Below are positions 22,508 through 31,955 of a DNA stretch of 64,000 nucleotides, in pieces (positions within the stretch are counted from its first letter, which is position 1; each line of letters opens with the position of its first letter). Below the pieces are notes generated by a model. It was not told the DNA's origin, did no database searches, and was given only the letters and a program-made list of their open reading frames with translations. Source of the stretch: an uncultured Acidobacteriota bacterium (GTDB lineage: Bacteria; Acidobacteriota; Vicinamibacteria; Vicinamibacterales; CAVVIG01); the NCBI GenBank assembly GCA_963794705.1, contig CAWCFI010000008.1:8479-72478 (forward strand), given 5' to 3'. The translations under genes were made by a program, and so were the position numbers.

Positions 22508-23454
22508 GAGCGCCGCGTGCGCAGGGCCTCGGCAATGACGACTTCGCCGTCCGACGTCAGCGGCGTGCCGGCCTCGGGCGACACGCGCGGGCGGCTGGCA
22601 TAGCTGAGCCACTGGCGCCACGACAGCCTGGTGTGACGGATGCGGAACCACGCCAGGCGCAATTGGCCGCCCCGCAGATCGCGGACGATCGATCGCAGGA
22701 TTCGGCCAACCGCGTTCCGCTTGGCGCGCTCGCGTTCGTCCGCAGAGAGCGGACAGTCCGGGCGGTCCAGCGCCTCACGCCATCTCCACTCGAGCGCCGC
22801 CCCTTGGTACGCGGCTTTCGCGCCGCGCAATTCCTGCCCGGCATGTGTGCGGTACCAGTACAGATCGCCGTAGACCAGGAGCACGTTGACGCGGGCGCAC
22901 GCACCCAGCCAAAAGAGCGTGTCCGAATGCGAGCCGCAATCTGGAAACCCGCCGAGCGCGTGGAACGCCTCGCGCCGGAACAGCGCGGCTGCCGGACCGA
23001 AGTTGCAGAGCCCCTCGCCAAAAAACTCGCGCTGGTATGCGAGCCTGGGGGTGAGCAGCATGGGCGACGGCCCGCCCGCCCACGCGCGATGGCCAGATAG
23101 CGCGAGCGCGGCTGACGGCTCTTCCGCCAGCGCCTGCACCAGCACGGACAGGCAATGGGGATACATCAGATCGTCTGAGTCGTGATATTTCAGGTACTCG
23201 CCGGTGGCGAACGTCGCGGCGTGATTCCGGTTCGGATAGTCGCCGAGGTTCCGTGCGTTCTCAACAATCCGCACGCGCGGGTCCGAGAGATAGGATCGCG
23301 CCACCGCCACCGAGCCGTCGGTCGAACAGTCGTCGACGACAATCAGCTCGAAGTCGGTGAAGGTCTGCGCCAGCACGCTCTCGATGGCGGGCCCGATGTA
23401 GCGCTCGCGGTTGAACGCGGTCATCAGGACGCTGACGGTTGGGCGCGGCTTCAT
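22504..23454 (-). CDS. Glycosyltransferase family 2
   Basis: VSVLMTAFNRERYI, VVDDCSTDGS and the DxD motif HDSDD. Confidence 0.92.
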   Translation of the reverse strand: MKPRPTVSVLMTAFNRERYIGPAIESVLAQTFTDFELIVVDDCSTDGSVAVARSYLSDPRVRIVENARNLGDYPNRNHAATFATGEYLKYHDSDDLMYPHCLSVLVQALAEEPSAALALSGHRAWAGGPSPMLLTPRLAYQREFFGEGLCNFGPAAALFRREAFHALGGFPDCGSHSDTLFWLGACARVNVLLVYGDLYWYRTHAGQELRGAKAAYQGAALEWRWREALDRPDCPLSADERERAKRNAVGRILRSIVRDLRGGQLRLAWFRIRHTRLSWRQWLSYASRPRVSPEAGTPLTSDGEVVIAEALRTRRS

Positions 23455-24572
23455 TGCAGCGCCGCCCTCAGGGCGGCGCACACCTGATCGACGATCGCCT
23501 CTGTCAGGTTCATCCCGGATGGAAGGTTGACGCCGGTCTCACTCAATCGATACGCGACCGGGTTGCGCCCCGCCGCGCCCGTGGCCTCCGGCCGGCACGA
23601 GTACGGCGGCAGCGACGTGAGCGGATAGAAGAACGGACGCGTGTCGACGCCCCGATCGCCCAGCCGGTCGATGAGCTCGCGTTTGCCGACGCCGAAGCTG
23701 CGGTCGGGCACCACCGTCACCATCCAGTACGCCTGGCGGACATCCGGGGGCTCAGCGTTGAGAGTCAGGCCGGGCACGTCGCCGAGGCGCGCGCGATACC
23801 ATCCGAAGATCTCGCGCTTGCGGGTGGTCAGCTCGTCGAGCCTCTCGAGCTGCGCCAGGCCGAGCGCCGCCTGCAGCGCGCTCATCTTGTATTTCTGGCC
23901 GATCTCGTGGTTGAAGAACGACACGTCGCCCGGACGTCGTCCATGGTCGCGCTGCACCGACACCCGCGCCAGCAGCTCGTCGTCGTCGGTCACGAGCATG
24001 CCGCCTTCACCGGTGGTCAGCGTCTTGGAGCCATGGAAGCTGAACACCGACGCGCGACCGAAGCTGCCGGCCGGACGGCCCCGATATTCCGCGCCAACCG
24101 CCTCCGCCGCATCCTCGACGATCGCCAGACCGGCTGATGCGGCCAGCCGATCCAGCGCGTCCATGTCCGGCATACCGCCGTAGAGATCGACCGGAATCAT
24201 CGCGCGCGTCCGCGGTGTGATGAGGGCGGCCGCGCTCTCGACCGACATGCACCAGGTGTCCGGATCGACGTCGGCGAAGACCGGCGTCGCGCCCACATAG
24301 TCAATCGGCGCTGAGGAGGCAATCCAGGTGGACTCGGGCACGATCACTTCGTCGCCCGGGCCGATGCCCAGCGCCAGGAGCGCCAGGTGAATCGCCGACG
24401 TGCAGGAGGGCAGCGCGACGGCGTGCCGGCGTTTCACGCGGGCCGCGAAAGCCTGCTCGAACCGTTGGTGGTAGACGTTGGCGTTCTCGTACCAGCCGTT
24501 GGCGGCCGCGTCTGCGACATAGTCGAGCTCACGCTGGGTGATCGACGGTCCCGACACGGGAATGCGTTTCAT
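23451..24572 (-). CDS. DegT/DnrJ/EryC1/StrS sugar aminotransferase (perosamine synthase-like)
   Basis: SCTSAIHLAL, EDAAEA and FSFHGSKTLTTGEGG (PLP lysine). Confidence 0.93.
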   Translation of the reverse strand: MKRIPVSGPSITQRELDYVADAAANGWYENANVYHQRFEQAFAARVKRRHAVALPSCTSAIHLALLALGIGPGDEVIVPESTWIASSAPIDYVGATPVFADVDPDTWCMSVESAAALITPRTRAMIPVDLYGGMPDMDALDRLAASAGLAIVEDAAEAVGAEYRGRPAGSFGRASVFSFHGSKTLTTGEGGMLVTDDDELLARVSVQRDHGRRPGDVSFFNHEIGQKYKMSALQAALGLAQLERLDELTTRKREIFGWYRARLGDVPGLTLNAEPPDVRQAYWMVTVVPDRSFGVGKRELIDRLGDRGVDTRPFFYPLTSLPPYSCRPEATGAAGRNPVAYRLSETGVNLPSGMNLTEAIVDQVCAALRAALQ

Positions 24573-24573
24573 C

Positions 24574-25302
24574 TCAGTCCTTGATGCACTTCAGGTAACC
24601 GCCCGGCGCCTCGGTGATCAGCAGCTTGTGATCCATGGCGAGGTCGACCTCGAACCGGTCGTTCTTCGCAAGGAACTCGCGCACCGCGGTGGCGGGACTG
24701 TTGCCAGGGGCCCAGGGCCGATCGCCGAGCACATCCGGCGGCAGCAGCTCGATACTGGTGTCGAACACCACCAGGTAGCTGCCCTTGGTGACGCACGGCG
24801 CGTAGGCCTCGAGCTCGTCGAGGACGTGGGCGTGTGTGTGGTTGGAATCGAGGCTCACCAGCACGCGCGTCGCGCGCGCAGCCTTCTCGCGCACCTGCGC
24901 CACGATGGCGGGGTCGGACGACGAGCCTTCGAGCAGCGTGATCCGCTTGAACATCGACGAGCCTTCGATCGCGGCCCGGTTGGGCGCGCGGATGTCCACG
25001 TCGATGCCGATCACCGTGCCGGGTCCGCCAATCAGCTCCAGCAGCGAGGCGTAGAACACCACCGATCCGCCGCGAGCCACGCCGGTCTCCACGATCAGGT
25101 CGGGCTTCACCCGCCAGATGATCTCCTGCATGGCGACGATGTCTTGAGGGAATTGAATGATGGGGAGCCCGAGCCAGGTGAAGTGATAGGGGTACTCATG
25201 ACGCGAGCTGCGCTCGAACCACTCGCGGGTGAGCGCATAGAGTCGGCTGTCGGCGCCGATCTCCGAAATCTTCTGACGATTGCGTGTCTCGAAGTCGCTC
25301 AT
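24574..25302 (-). CDS. CmcI (cephalosporin hydroxylase) family, probable sugar O-methyltransferase
   Basis: WLGLPIIQFPQD, KPDLIVETGVARGGS, LDSNHTHAHV and GSYLVVFDT. Confidence 0.88.
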   Translation of the reverse strand: MSDFETRNRQKISEIGADSRLYALTREWFERSSRHEYPYHFTWLGLPIIQFPQDIVAMQEIIWRVKPDLIVETGVARGGSVVFYASLLELIGGPGTVIGIDVDIRAPNRAAIEGSSMFKRITLLEGSSSDPAIVAQVREKAARATRVLVSLDSNHTHAHVLDELEAYAPCVTKGSYLVVFDTSIELLPPDVLGDRPWAPGNSPATAVREFLAKNDRFEVDLAMDHKLLITEAPGGYLKCIKD

Positions 25303-26543
25303 GCATGCTCCCCTGCGTGCGCCGGGACGCGCCGTGCCCGCCACTCGGGCAGCGCGTCGACGATGATCGATCCCGCCGGCAACCGTGCCAGCAGCGCCGG
25401 CTCGACTTCGGCGCGGTGATCAAGCGCGAGATTCAGCACCGCGATCGGCGCCATCTGCCGCCACAGCGTCTCCACCGGCTCGATCGGAATGTCGACTCCC
25501 GGAATCAGCCGCCCCTGCTTATGCGGGTCGTTGTCCACCGCGCACCCGACGTCGCGGCGTGTGAGGCCGAGCCAGTTCAGGATGCCGGCAGCCTTCAGTC
25601 CGCCGCCATAGACGTAGAGCGGCGTGCCGCGCAGTCCCTGGATGCCGGCGAGGATCCGCCCGCGCAGGTCAGCCACCGCGGTCCGGAACGCGCCGCAGCT
25701 CGGCGCGGAGAGCGTGTCGGCCTCACGCTCGAGCAACGCGGCCACCGCGGTGGGCAGGGCCGTCTCTGGTCCTCGCCGCGCGAACGCGCGGAGTGTGCCA
25801 CCGCGATAGGTCGTGTCGTGTTCGATGTCGTCCACGTTCAGACCCGCTGTCCGAAGTGCGTAGATGAGCGCCGCCGCCGTGAACCACGAATTGCGCGAGT
25901 GCACGAACCCGTCAAGCCGGAACGCCCGCAGGAAATCGGCGACGTACGGGATCTCGATGATCAGCGAGGCGCCGGGCTTCACCACGAGCGCGAGATTCGC
26001 GATGAACTCACCGGGCCGCGGCACCCCGTCGAGCACGTGGTTGGCGATCACCAAGTCCGGCTCCCGGCGCTCGTCCGCGAGCCGGCGCACCATGGCGTCA
26101 TCGAACAGCCCGGCGATCACCTCCGCGGGGTAGGCCAGGCCGGGATGCGGCGATGGTTCGATGCCCAACAGCCGACGGAAACCGCGGTTGCGCAGCTTCT
26201 CAAGCAGAGCGCCGTCGCTGCAACCAACCTCCAGCAACAGCGAGTCGGCTCCGGCCAGGCCGCGTTGCATTACGTCGTCCGCGAAGGCGCGATCGTGATC
26301 GGCAATCGATGACGAGCGCAGCGATGTGTAGAACGTTTCGGTCACGAGAAGATCAGCGGGCAGCTGGTGCTCGGTCTGCACCATCGCACAGCGGCGGCAA
26401 ATCGCCAGCGCGAGCGGCGCACGCCACACGGTGGCAGCCTGTGCCGGAGTGACCGGAAAGCCGAGCGGCATCACGCCGAGATCGAACAAGCGTTCGAGCC
26501 CTTCCGCGCCGCACAGCAGGCAGACTGCGTCGCGCCCGGTCAT
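25299..26543 (-). CDS. NDP-sugar C-methyltransferase paralogue (degenerate active-site motif)
   Basis: Zn motif CLLC...CRRC, EVGCSDG, YGGGLK and DNDPHKQG. It has VHSRNSWF where the family has YHEHxxYF. Confidence 0.75.
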   Translation of the reverse strand: MTGRDAVCLLCGAEGLERLFDLGVMPLGFPVTPAQAATVWRAPLALAICRRCAMVQTEHQLPADLLVTETFYTSLRSSSIADHDRAFADDVMQRGLAGADSLLLEVGCSDGALLEKLRNRGFRRLLGIEPSPHPGLAYPAEVIAGLFDDAMVRRLADERREPDLVIANHVLDGVPRPGEFIANLALVVKPGASLIIEIPYVADFLRAFRLDGFVHSRNSWFTAAALIYALRTAGLNVDDIEHDTTYRGGTLRAFARRGPETALPTAVAALLEREADTLSAPSCGAFRTAVADLRGRILAGIQGLRGTPLYVYGGGLKAAGILNWLGLTRRDVGCAVDNDPHKQGRLIPGVDIPIEPVETLWRQMAPIAVLNLALDHRAEVEPALLARLPAGSIIVDALPEWRARRVPAHAGEHA

Positions 26544-27769
26544 ACGATCCGTGGCTCCGGAGACGGAATGATGAACTGGCCCCCGCGGCGGCGGTACTCG
26601 GCCTGCTGGCGTAGCACCTCGTCGGCGAAGTTCCACACCAGGAGCAGGGTGTAGCGCGGCATGTCAGTGAGCAGCCGTTCCGGCGCCGAGATCGGCAGGT
26701 GCGAACCAGGCGTGAACAGGCCTTGTTTGACGGTGCTGCGATCGGCCACGAAATCGATCGTCTCGGCGCCGATGCCGCAGTACTCCAGCAGCGTCGTGCC
26801 CTTTGCCGCGGCGCCGTACGCGGCGATGCGGCCGCCTTCGGATCGCGCCAGGGCCAGCAGGGCCAACAGGCGGGTTTTGAGCGACTCGACGCGCTCGGCG
26901 AACGTCCGGTAGTACACGGGCAGATGCATCCCCGCCGCGAGTTCCTCCGCCAACACCCGCTCGACCGCAATCGACTCCACCGCCCCCGGCCCGGACCGTT
27001 GCAGGCTGACGCGCAAAATACCGCCGTGAATCGTGAGTTGTTCTACCTCGACGATCGTCAGGTCGTGGCGCGCCGCGAGCCGGTGCAGCGCCGTGAGCGA
27101 GAAGTAGCAGAGGTGCTCGTGATAGATCGTGTCGAACTCGACATGCTCGATCATGTCGCGCAGTGACGGTACTTCCACGATCGCGACACCCTCGTCTTTG
27201 AGGAGGAGCCCGATGCCCTTCATGACACCGTTCAGGTCGGGTACATGCGCCAGCACGTTGTTCGCGTGAATGACGTCGGCCCGGCCGAAACGGCCGGCGA
27301 GCTCGGCGGCAAGCTCCGCTCCGAAGAACTCACACACCGTGCGCACTCCGCGCGCTTCAGCCACCGGCGCGATGTTCCGGGCCGGCTCGATGCCGAGCAC
27401 GGGAATGCCGCGCTCGACGTAGTGTGCGAGTAGATAGCCGTCGTTGCTGGCAATCTCTACCGCCAGACTGTCGGGACCCAGCTGGCGCGCATCGGCCGTC
27501 CGCATAGCGATGTCGCGCGCATTGGCGACCGCGGCATCGGAGAACGACGACAGATACACGTAGCTGCGGAACAACGTCTCGGGCGGCACGATCGCGGTGA
27601 TCTGGAACAAGGCGCAGACGGGGCAGAACACGGCGTCGAGCGGAAACCGCGGCTCCGGCGTGTCGAGCTGATCTGCGCGGAGCAGCGCGTTGGCGAGCGG
27701 TGTCGATCCGAGGGACAACACCGGCACCAGGACCGTCGATCCGCACGAACGACACACCGGACTATCCAC
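26540..27769 (-). CDS. NDP-hexose C-methyltransferase (TylCIII/NovU/TcaB9 type)
   Basis: CRSC...CPVC, EIASNDGYLL, NVLAHVPD, FDTIYHEHLCYFS, HGG, YGAAAKG and WNFADE. Confidence 0.92.
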   Translation of the reverse strand: MDSPVCRSCGSTVLVPVLSLGSTPLANALLRADQLDTPEPRFPLDAVFCPVCALFQITAIVPPETLFRSYVYLSSFSDAAVANARDIAMRTADARQLGPDSLAVEIASNDGYLLAHYVERGIPVLGIEPARNIAPVAEARGVRTVCEFFGAELAAELAGRFGRADVIHANNVLAHVPDLNGVMKGIGLLLKDEGVAIVEVPSLRDMIEHVEFDTIYHEHLCYFSLTALHRLAARHDLTIVEVEQLTIHGGILRVSLQRSGPGAVESIAVERVLAEELAAGMHLPVYYRTFAERVESLKTRLLALLALARSEGGRIAAYGAAAKGTTLLEYCGIGAETIDFVADRSTVKQGLFTPGSHLPISAPERLLTDMPRYTLLLVWNFADEVLRQQAEYRRRGGQFIIPSPEPRIV

Positions 27770-28658
27770 GCGGCGACCCCGCCAGACGACGCAGCGCAGA
27801 GCGCATCGGAGCGGGCGTGACGGAGGCGACCATGCCACGCACGCCCTGCATGAAGAAATAGAAGATGGCCGGAAATGTCAGCGCGGCAGGCCGCCACTCG
27901 CCCTGCCCGCGGTGGGCGTCGGCAATCGCCTGCGCCGTCAGCCAGGCCGTCCGTGCCGTCTGCAATCGATGGACGCGGCCCAACGAGGTTTCGCGGGCGC
28001 GCGCCTCGATCGTCTGTCCGGCCGTCCGCCGGTAGTAGAACGTCGCTCCTGACGCGTAGACCAGAGGGCCGCGGACCGCGAGATACGCGAGGAAGGCCAC
28101 ATCCCAGCTGACGTCTTCACGCCAGGCGTAGCTGCGCAGGTGTTCGGTCCGGATCACGCCGTACACGTGGTCGCAGCCGTTCCGCGTTTGCTTGCGCAGT
28201 CGCGCGATCAGATTGAGGCCGCCGGTCTCGAAGTCGTGCGCCAAACGCGGCAACCGAAGCGCCTCATCGTAGTCCGCGAACTCGACCACGTCCGAGAACG
28301 CCAGCGACGCCTCGGGATGATCGCGAAAGGCCCCAACCAGCGTCTCGACGTAGTTCAACGAGCGGAAGTCGTCGTGCGCGGCGAACATGAAGAGCGCGCC
28401 GCGCGCCGGCTCGACGGTGGCGCGCCAGTTCGCGAGCACCGACAGCAGTCGCGGTTGGCGGATGTAGGTGATGCGCGGGTCGCGTGCCGCCGCGGCGCGG
28501 CACAGGCGCTCGGTGTCGTCGGTGGACGCGTTGTCAGAGATGATGATCTCGATGTGCGGGTACGTCTGTCCAACCAGGCCCTCGAGCACGCGCGGCAGGC
28601 CCGATGCGCCGTTGCGCACGGGCAGGCCGATGCTGACCAGCGGCGGGCCTTCACCCAT
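27762..28658 (-). CDS. Glycosyltransferase family 2
   Basis: VSIGLPVRNG, ISDNASTD and AHDD. Confidence 0.9.
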   Translation of the reverse strand: MGEGPPLVSIGLPVRNGASGLPRVLEGLVGQTYPHIEIIISDNASTDDTERLCRAAAARDPRITYIRQPRLLSVLANWRATVEPARGALFMFAAHDDFRSLNYVETLVGAFRDHPEASLAFSDVVEFADYDEALRLPRLAHDFETGGLNLIARLRKQTRNGCDHVYGVIRTEHLRSYAWREDVSWDVAFLAYLAVRGPLVYASGATFYYRRTAGQTIEARARETSLGRVHRLQTARTAWLTAQAIADAHRGQGEWRPAALTFPAIFYFFMQGVRGMVASVTPAPMRSALRRLAGSPRG

Positions 28659-29121
28659 GTTTGAGCGACCAGTCGTACGGGATGTGATTGACGAACGGAT
28701 CGCAGCGCGTGATTTCCGCCGGATCGTGCGGAATGCTGGCGCAATTGGCGACCAGCGCCATGGCCGTGCCGACGCCCTTGAAACCGTTCCACACCCCGGG
28801 CGGGACCGTCACCAGCGCATAGTTGGCGTCGCCGAGGAACAGCTCGACGAGTTGACCGCGCGTCGCCGCATCCGGCCGCTCGTCGTACATCACCAGCTTG
28901 ATGGTCCCGACCGGAACCGCGTAGTTGATCGTCATGCGGCTGTGGAGGTGCCACGCTTTGACGACGCCGGGGTAGACGCCGCTGAAATAGATTTCGCCGA
29001 AACGCTCGAAATGCGGAGCGTCGGCGCGAAGCATGTGCATGATCATGCCGCGCTCGTCGGGAATCTTGCGCAACGGTGCGATCGTGACTCCGTCGATGGC
29101 GGTCTGGTGCAAGGTGGTCAT
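28651..29121 (-). CDS. RmlC-like NDP-4-keto-6-deoxyhexose 3,5-epimerase (cupin)
   Basis: DERG, KAWHLH and VPPGVWNGF. Confidence 0.88.
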   Translation of the reverse strand: MTTLHQTAIDGVTIAPLRKIPDERGMIMHMLRADAPHFERFGEIYFSGVYPGVVKAWHLHSRMTINYAVPVGTIKLVMYDERPDAATRGQLVELFLGDANYALVTVPPGVWNGFKGVGTAMALVANCASIPHDPAEITRCDPFVNHIPYDWSLKHG

Positions 29122-30206
29122 GCGACAACGGCTCCCGCATATTCGATCAGTTGGCGTGCGCAGAGTTCGAAGGCGTCAGCGCCGCCGGCGTAGGCGCGAT
29201 ACCAGTGTACGGTCGCGGCGATCGCCTGTTCGAATCCCCATCGCGGCGCCCACCCGAACTGCTGCCTCGCGCGATGGCTGTCGAGCGTCAGGAAGGCCGT
29301 TTCATGAGGTCCCGGCTCGCCGGTATCGCGCCACGCGCCGCTGCCGTAGGCGACGAGGATCGCGTCGAGGACTTCGGCAACGGTGCGCGTCGCGCTCGCG
29401 TCGGGTCCGAAGTTCCATGCCTGCGACGCCGCCGCGCGCTCGGTCGCCGACGACCACGACAAGGCGGCGCCAAGCGAAAGGTAGCCGGCCAATGGATCGA
29501 GGACGTGCTGCCAGGGCCGGACGGCGCGCGGCCGGCGCACCGCGACTTCCATCCCAGCGGCGAGCGCGCGCATCGCGTCGGGCACCAGCCGATCGGCGGC
29601 CCAGTCGCCTCCGCCGATCACGTTCCCGGCCCGCGCGGTCGCGACCGCGACGCCGTGTGCGGCCAGCCGCTCCGGCGGAAAGAAGCTGTGTCGGTAACTC
29701 GCGGCCGCGATCTCCGCGGCCCCCTTGCTCGCGCTGTAGACATCGTCGCCGCCGAGCGGATCGCCTTCGGCATATGGCCCGGGCTGGCTGGGGTCGTAGC
29801 ATTTGTCGCTGGTGACCGCCACGATGCCGCAGGGCGCACCGCAGGCACGGACGGCATCCAGCACGTTCACCGTGCCCATCACGTTGGTCTCGAAGGTCGT
29901 CAGCGGATCGCGGTAGCTCTCGCGAACCAGCGATTGTGCGGCGAGGTGAAAAATGAGCTCCGGCCGCGCCTCGCGGATCGCATGCTCGAGATCCGCCCGG
30001 CGCCGGACATCGCCGTCGACGTGGCGAACTCGACGGCCGATCGCGGCTGCCTCGAAGAGATTCGGGACCGTCGGAGGAGCCAGACTGTAGCCGGTGACAT
30101 GGGCTCCGAGGTCGGCGAGCCACAAGGTCAGCCACGCGCCCTTGAAGCCAGTGTGACCCGTCACGAGGACACGGCGCCCGCGATACAGCGCGGCAAGATT
30201 GGTCAT
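29118..30206 (-). CDS. rfbG: CDP-glucose 4,6-dehydratase
   Basis: VLVTGHTGFKGAWL, HLAAQSLV, TSDKCY, YSASK, RAGNVIGGGDW and RPWQHVLD. Confidence 0.95.
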   Translation of the reverse strand: MTNLAALYRGRRVLVTGHTGFKGAWLTLWLADLGAHVTGYSLAPPTVPNLFEAAAIGRRVRHVDGDVRRRADLEHAIREARPELIFHLAAQSLVRESYRDPLTTFETNVMGTVNVLDAVRACGAPCGIVAVTSDKCYDPSQPGPYAEGDPLGGDDVYSASKGAAEIAAASYRHSFFPPERLAAHGVAVATARAGNVIGGGDWAADRLVPDAMRALAAGMEVAVRRPRAVRPWQHVLDPLAGYLSLGAALSWSSATERAAASQAWNFGPDASATRTVAEVLDAILVAYGSGAWRDTGEPGPHETAFLTLDSHRARQQFGWAPRWGFEQAIAATVHWYRAYAGGADAFELCARQLIEYAGAVVA

Positions 30207-30997
30207 CGCGTGTGGTTCCATACCGCCCACGGCGCTCCACCGTTCCACAGCGCGGACACCCGCGTGTAGTCGCGCGGCGTGTCCACGCAGGCCCAGAAGC
30301 CGTCGTGCTGGTAGGCGACGAGCTCGCCTTCGTGGGCGAGAGGCTGGAGCACCTCGCGCTCGAGATCGAGGGTGCTGACATCCGTCAGGCGATCGAGCAG
30401 TTTGCGCGAGAAGACAAAGAAACCACCGCTGATCCAGCCGTTGGCAAGCAGTGGCTTTTCGTGAAAGGTTTCCACCCTGCCAGTCGGACCGACCGTCAGC
30501 TCACCAAACTGTCCCGGCGGGTGCACGGCGGTCACCGTCGCCAGCTTGCCGTGCGCCCGGTGAAAAGCGACCACCTTGCGGAAGTCGACATCGCACACAC
30601 CGTCGCCGTAGGTGACGGCGAACAGGTCGTCATCGGCATCGACATAAGCGCCCGCTTGTCTGACCCGGGAACCGGTGGCGTTGTCGAATCCGGTTTCGGC
30701 GAGCGTGACGCGCCAATCGCGCTCGTCGTTGAGGTGGTGAAGCGTCGGCGGCGTCTGCGCGGAGATGTCGAGCGTGACATCGTTGACCATCATCGACAGG
30801 TTGAGGAAGTACTGCCTGATCAGCTCCGACCGATATCCGAGGCAGAGCACGAAGTTCGGGTAGCCCCAGTGGGCGAAGCCCTTCATGATGTGCCAGAGAA
30901 TCGGCCTGCCTCCAATCGGCACCATCGGCTTCGGGACATCGATGCCAACGGTGGACAGGCGCGTCCCGAATCCACCACAGAGAATCATGACCTTCAT
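30203..30997 (-). CDS. rfbF: Glucose-1-phosphate cytidylyltransferase
   Basis: ILCGGFGTRL, PKPMVPIGGRPILWHIM, TYGDG and HDGFWACVDT. An alternative GTG start lies near 31027. Confidence 0.92.
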   Translation of the reverse strand: MKVMILCGGFGTRLSTVGIDVPKPMVPIGGRPILWHIMKGFAHWGYPNFVLCLGYRSELIRQYFLNLSMMVNDVTLDISAQTPPTLHHLNDERDWRVTLAETGFDNATGSRVRQAGAYVDADDDLFAVTYGDGVCDVDFRKVVAFHRAHGKLATVTAVHPPGQFGELTVGPTGRVETFHEKPLLANGWISGGFFVFSRKLLDRLTDVSTLDLEREVLQPLAHEGELVAYQHDGFWACVDTPRDYTRVSALWNGGAPWAVWNHTR

Positions 30998-31037
30998 CGG
31001 CCGCTCGGCGTTCGTCGTCACACTCACCTCGTGATGT

Positions 31038-31955
31038 TCATCGCGTCCAGGCATAGGCCATGCGGTGCGCCAGCTCCGCAGCGGTGACCGCCGCGAGCAC
31101 CACGAAGCGCGAGCGTTCGAGCGTCGGTTCCGAGGGCCTGGCGAAATCGCTGCGAGTATTGAACCCGGCGGTAAAGCCGAGATGGTCGGCAATCGCCACC
31201 GTCTCGTCGTTGTAGTCGATCAGCGGCGACCCGAACGGGTAGGCGACAGCGTCGACCGGCCGTCCGGTCCACGATTCGAGCGCGGTGCGGCACGACGCCA
31301 GTTCCTCACGCTGCACGGCCGCTGGCGACCCGGCGAGCCGCGCGTGCGACGCAGTGTGCACGCCGATGGCGAAGCCCTCGTCGGCGAGCTGCCGGACCTG
31401 CGCTTCGGTCATCGGCGCGAGCGCCGGCGCGGCGGAAGCCGGCGCATCGTCTTCGGCCGCTGCCCTGCGCCACGCGGCGTCGGGCTGCTCGCGAAGGTCC
31501 GCGACCGCCGCCGTACCGCGTGCGCGCGCCACCGCGTCGAACCAGAACAACCGCTGGCGACGGACCGGTTCGGAGCAGATGAACATCGCGGCCGGCACCT
31601 TGTGCCGAAGTAACGACGGGCGCGCCAGCTCGAACACGCTGCGGTAGCCGTCGTCGAAGGTCACCAGCACAGGCCGCTCCGGGAGTGGGTGGCCGAACGC
31701 ATGCGCGTTGCGGAACGTCTGCAGGTCGATCGGATGACACATCTCCGCGATCACCCGGATATGTTCGGTGAAGGTGTCCGCGGTCACGTGCAGGTTGGCG
31801 AACGGAATACTGCCGTCGTCGTGGGCCGACTCGCGGATGCCGTGATAGCAGAGCGTCAGGACGCCGGGAAACGAGGACTGGCCGAGCCGCCGGGCATACC
31901 AACCGCTGGCCAACAAGCCGGCCTTCACTGAACCCGCGAACGGTACCGGGGTCAT
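31038..31955 (-). CDS. Polysaccharide deacetylase (NodB/CE4)
   Basis: LCYHGI, VTFDDGY, HTASH and AYPFG. Confidence 0.9.
   Translation of the reverse strand: MTPVPFAGSVKAGLLASGWYARRLGQSSFPGVLTLCYHGIRESAHDDGSIPFANLHVTADTFTEHIRVIAEMCHPIDLQTFRNAHAFGHPLPERPVLVTFDDGYRSVFELARPSLLRHKVPAAMFICSEPVRRQRLFWFDAVARARGTAAVADLREQPDAAWRRAAAEDDAPASAAPALAPMTEAQVRQLADEGFAIGVHTASHARLAGSPAAVQREELASCRTALESWTGRPVDAVAYPFGSPLIDYNDETVAIADHLGFTAGFNTRSDFARPSEPTLERSRFVVLAAVTAAELAHRMAYAWTR

Noticed and set aside
24574-25302. Cephalosporin/cephamycin biosynthesis (CmcI- and CmcH-like genes)
   Set aside because: No ACV synthetase or isopenicillin N synthase is present. These families commonly tailor sugars in glycan loci.
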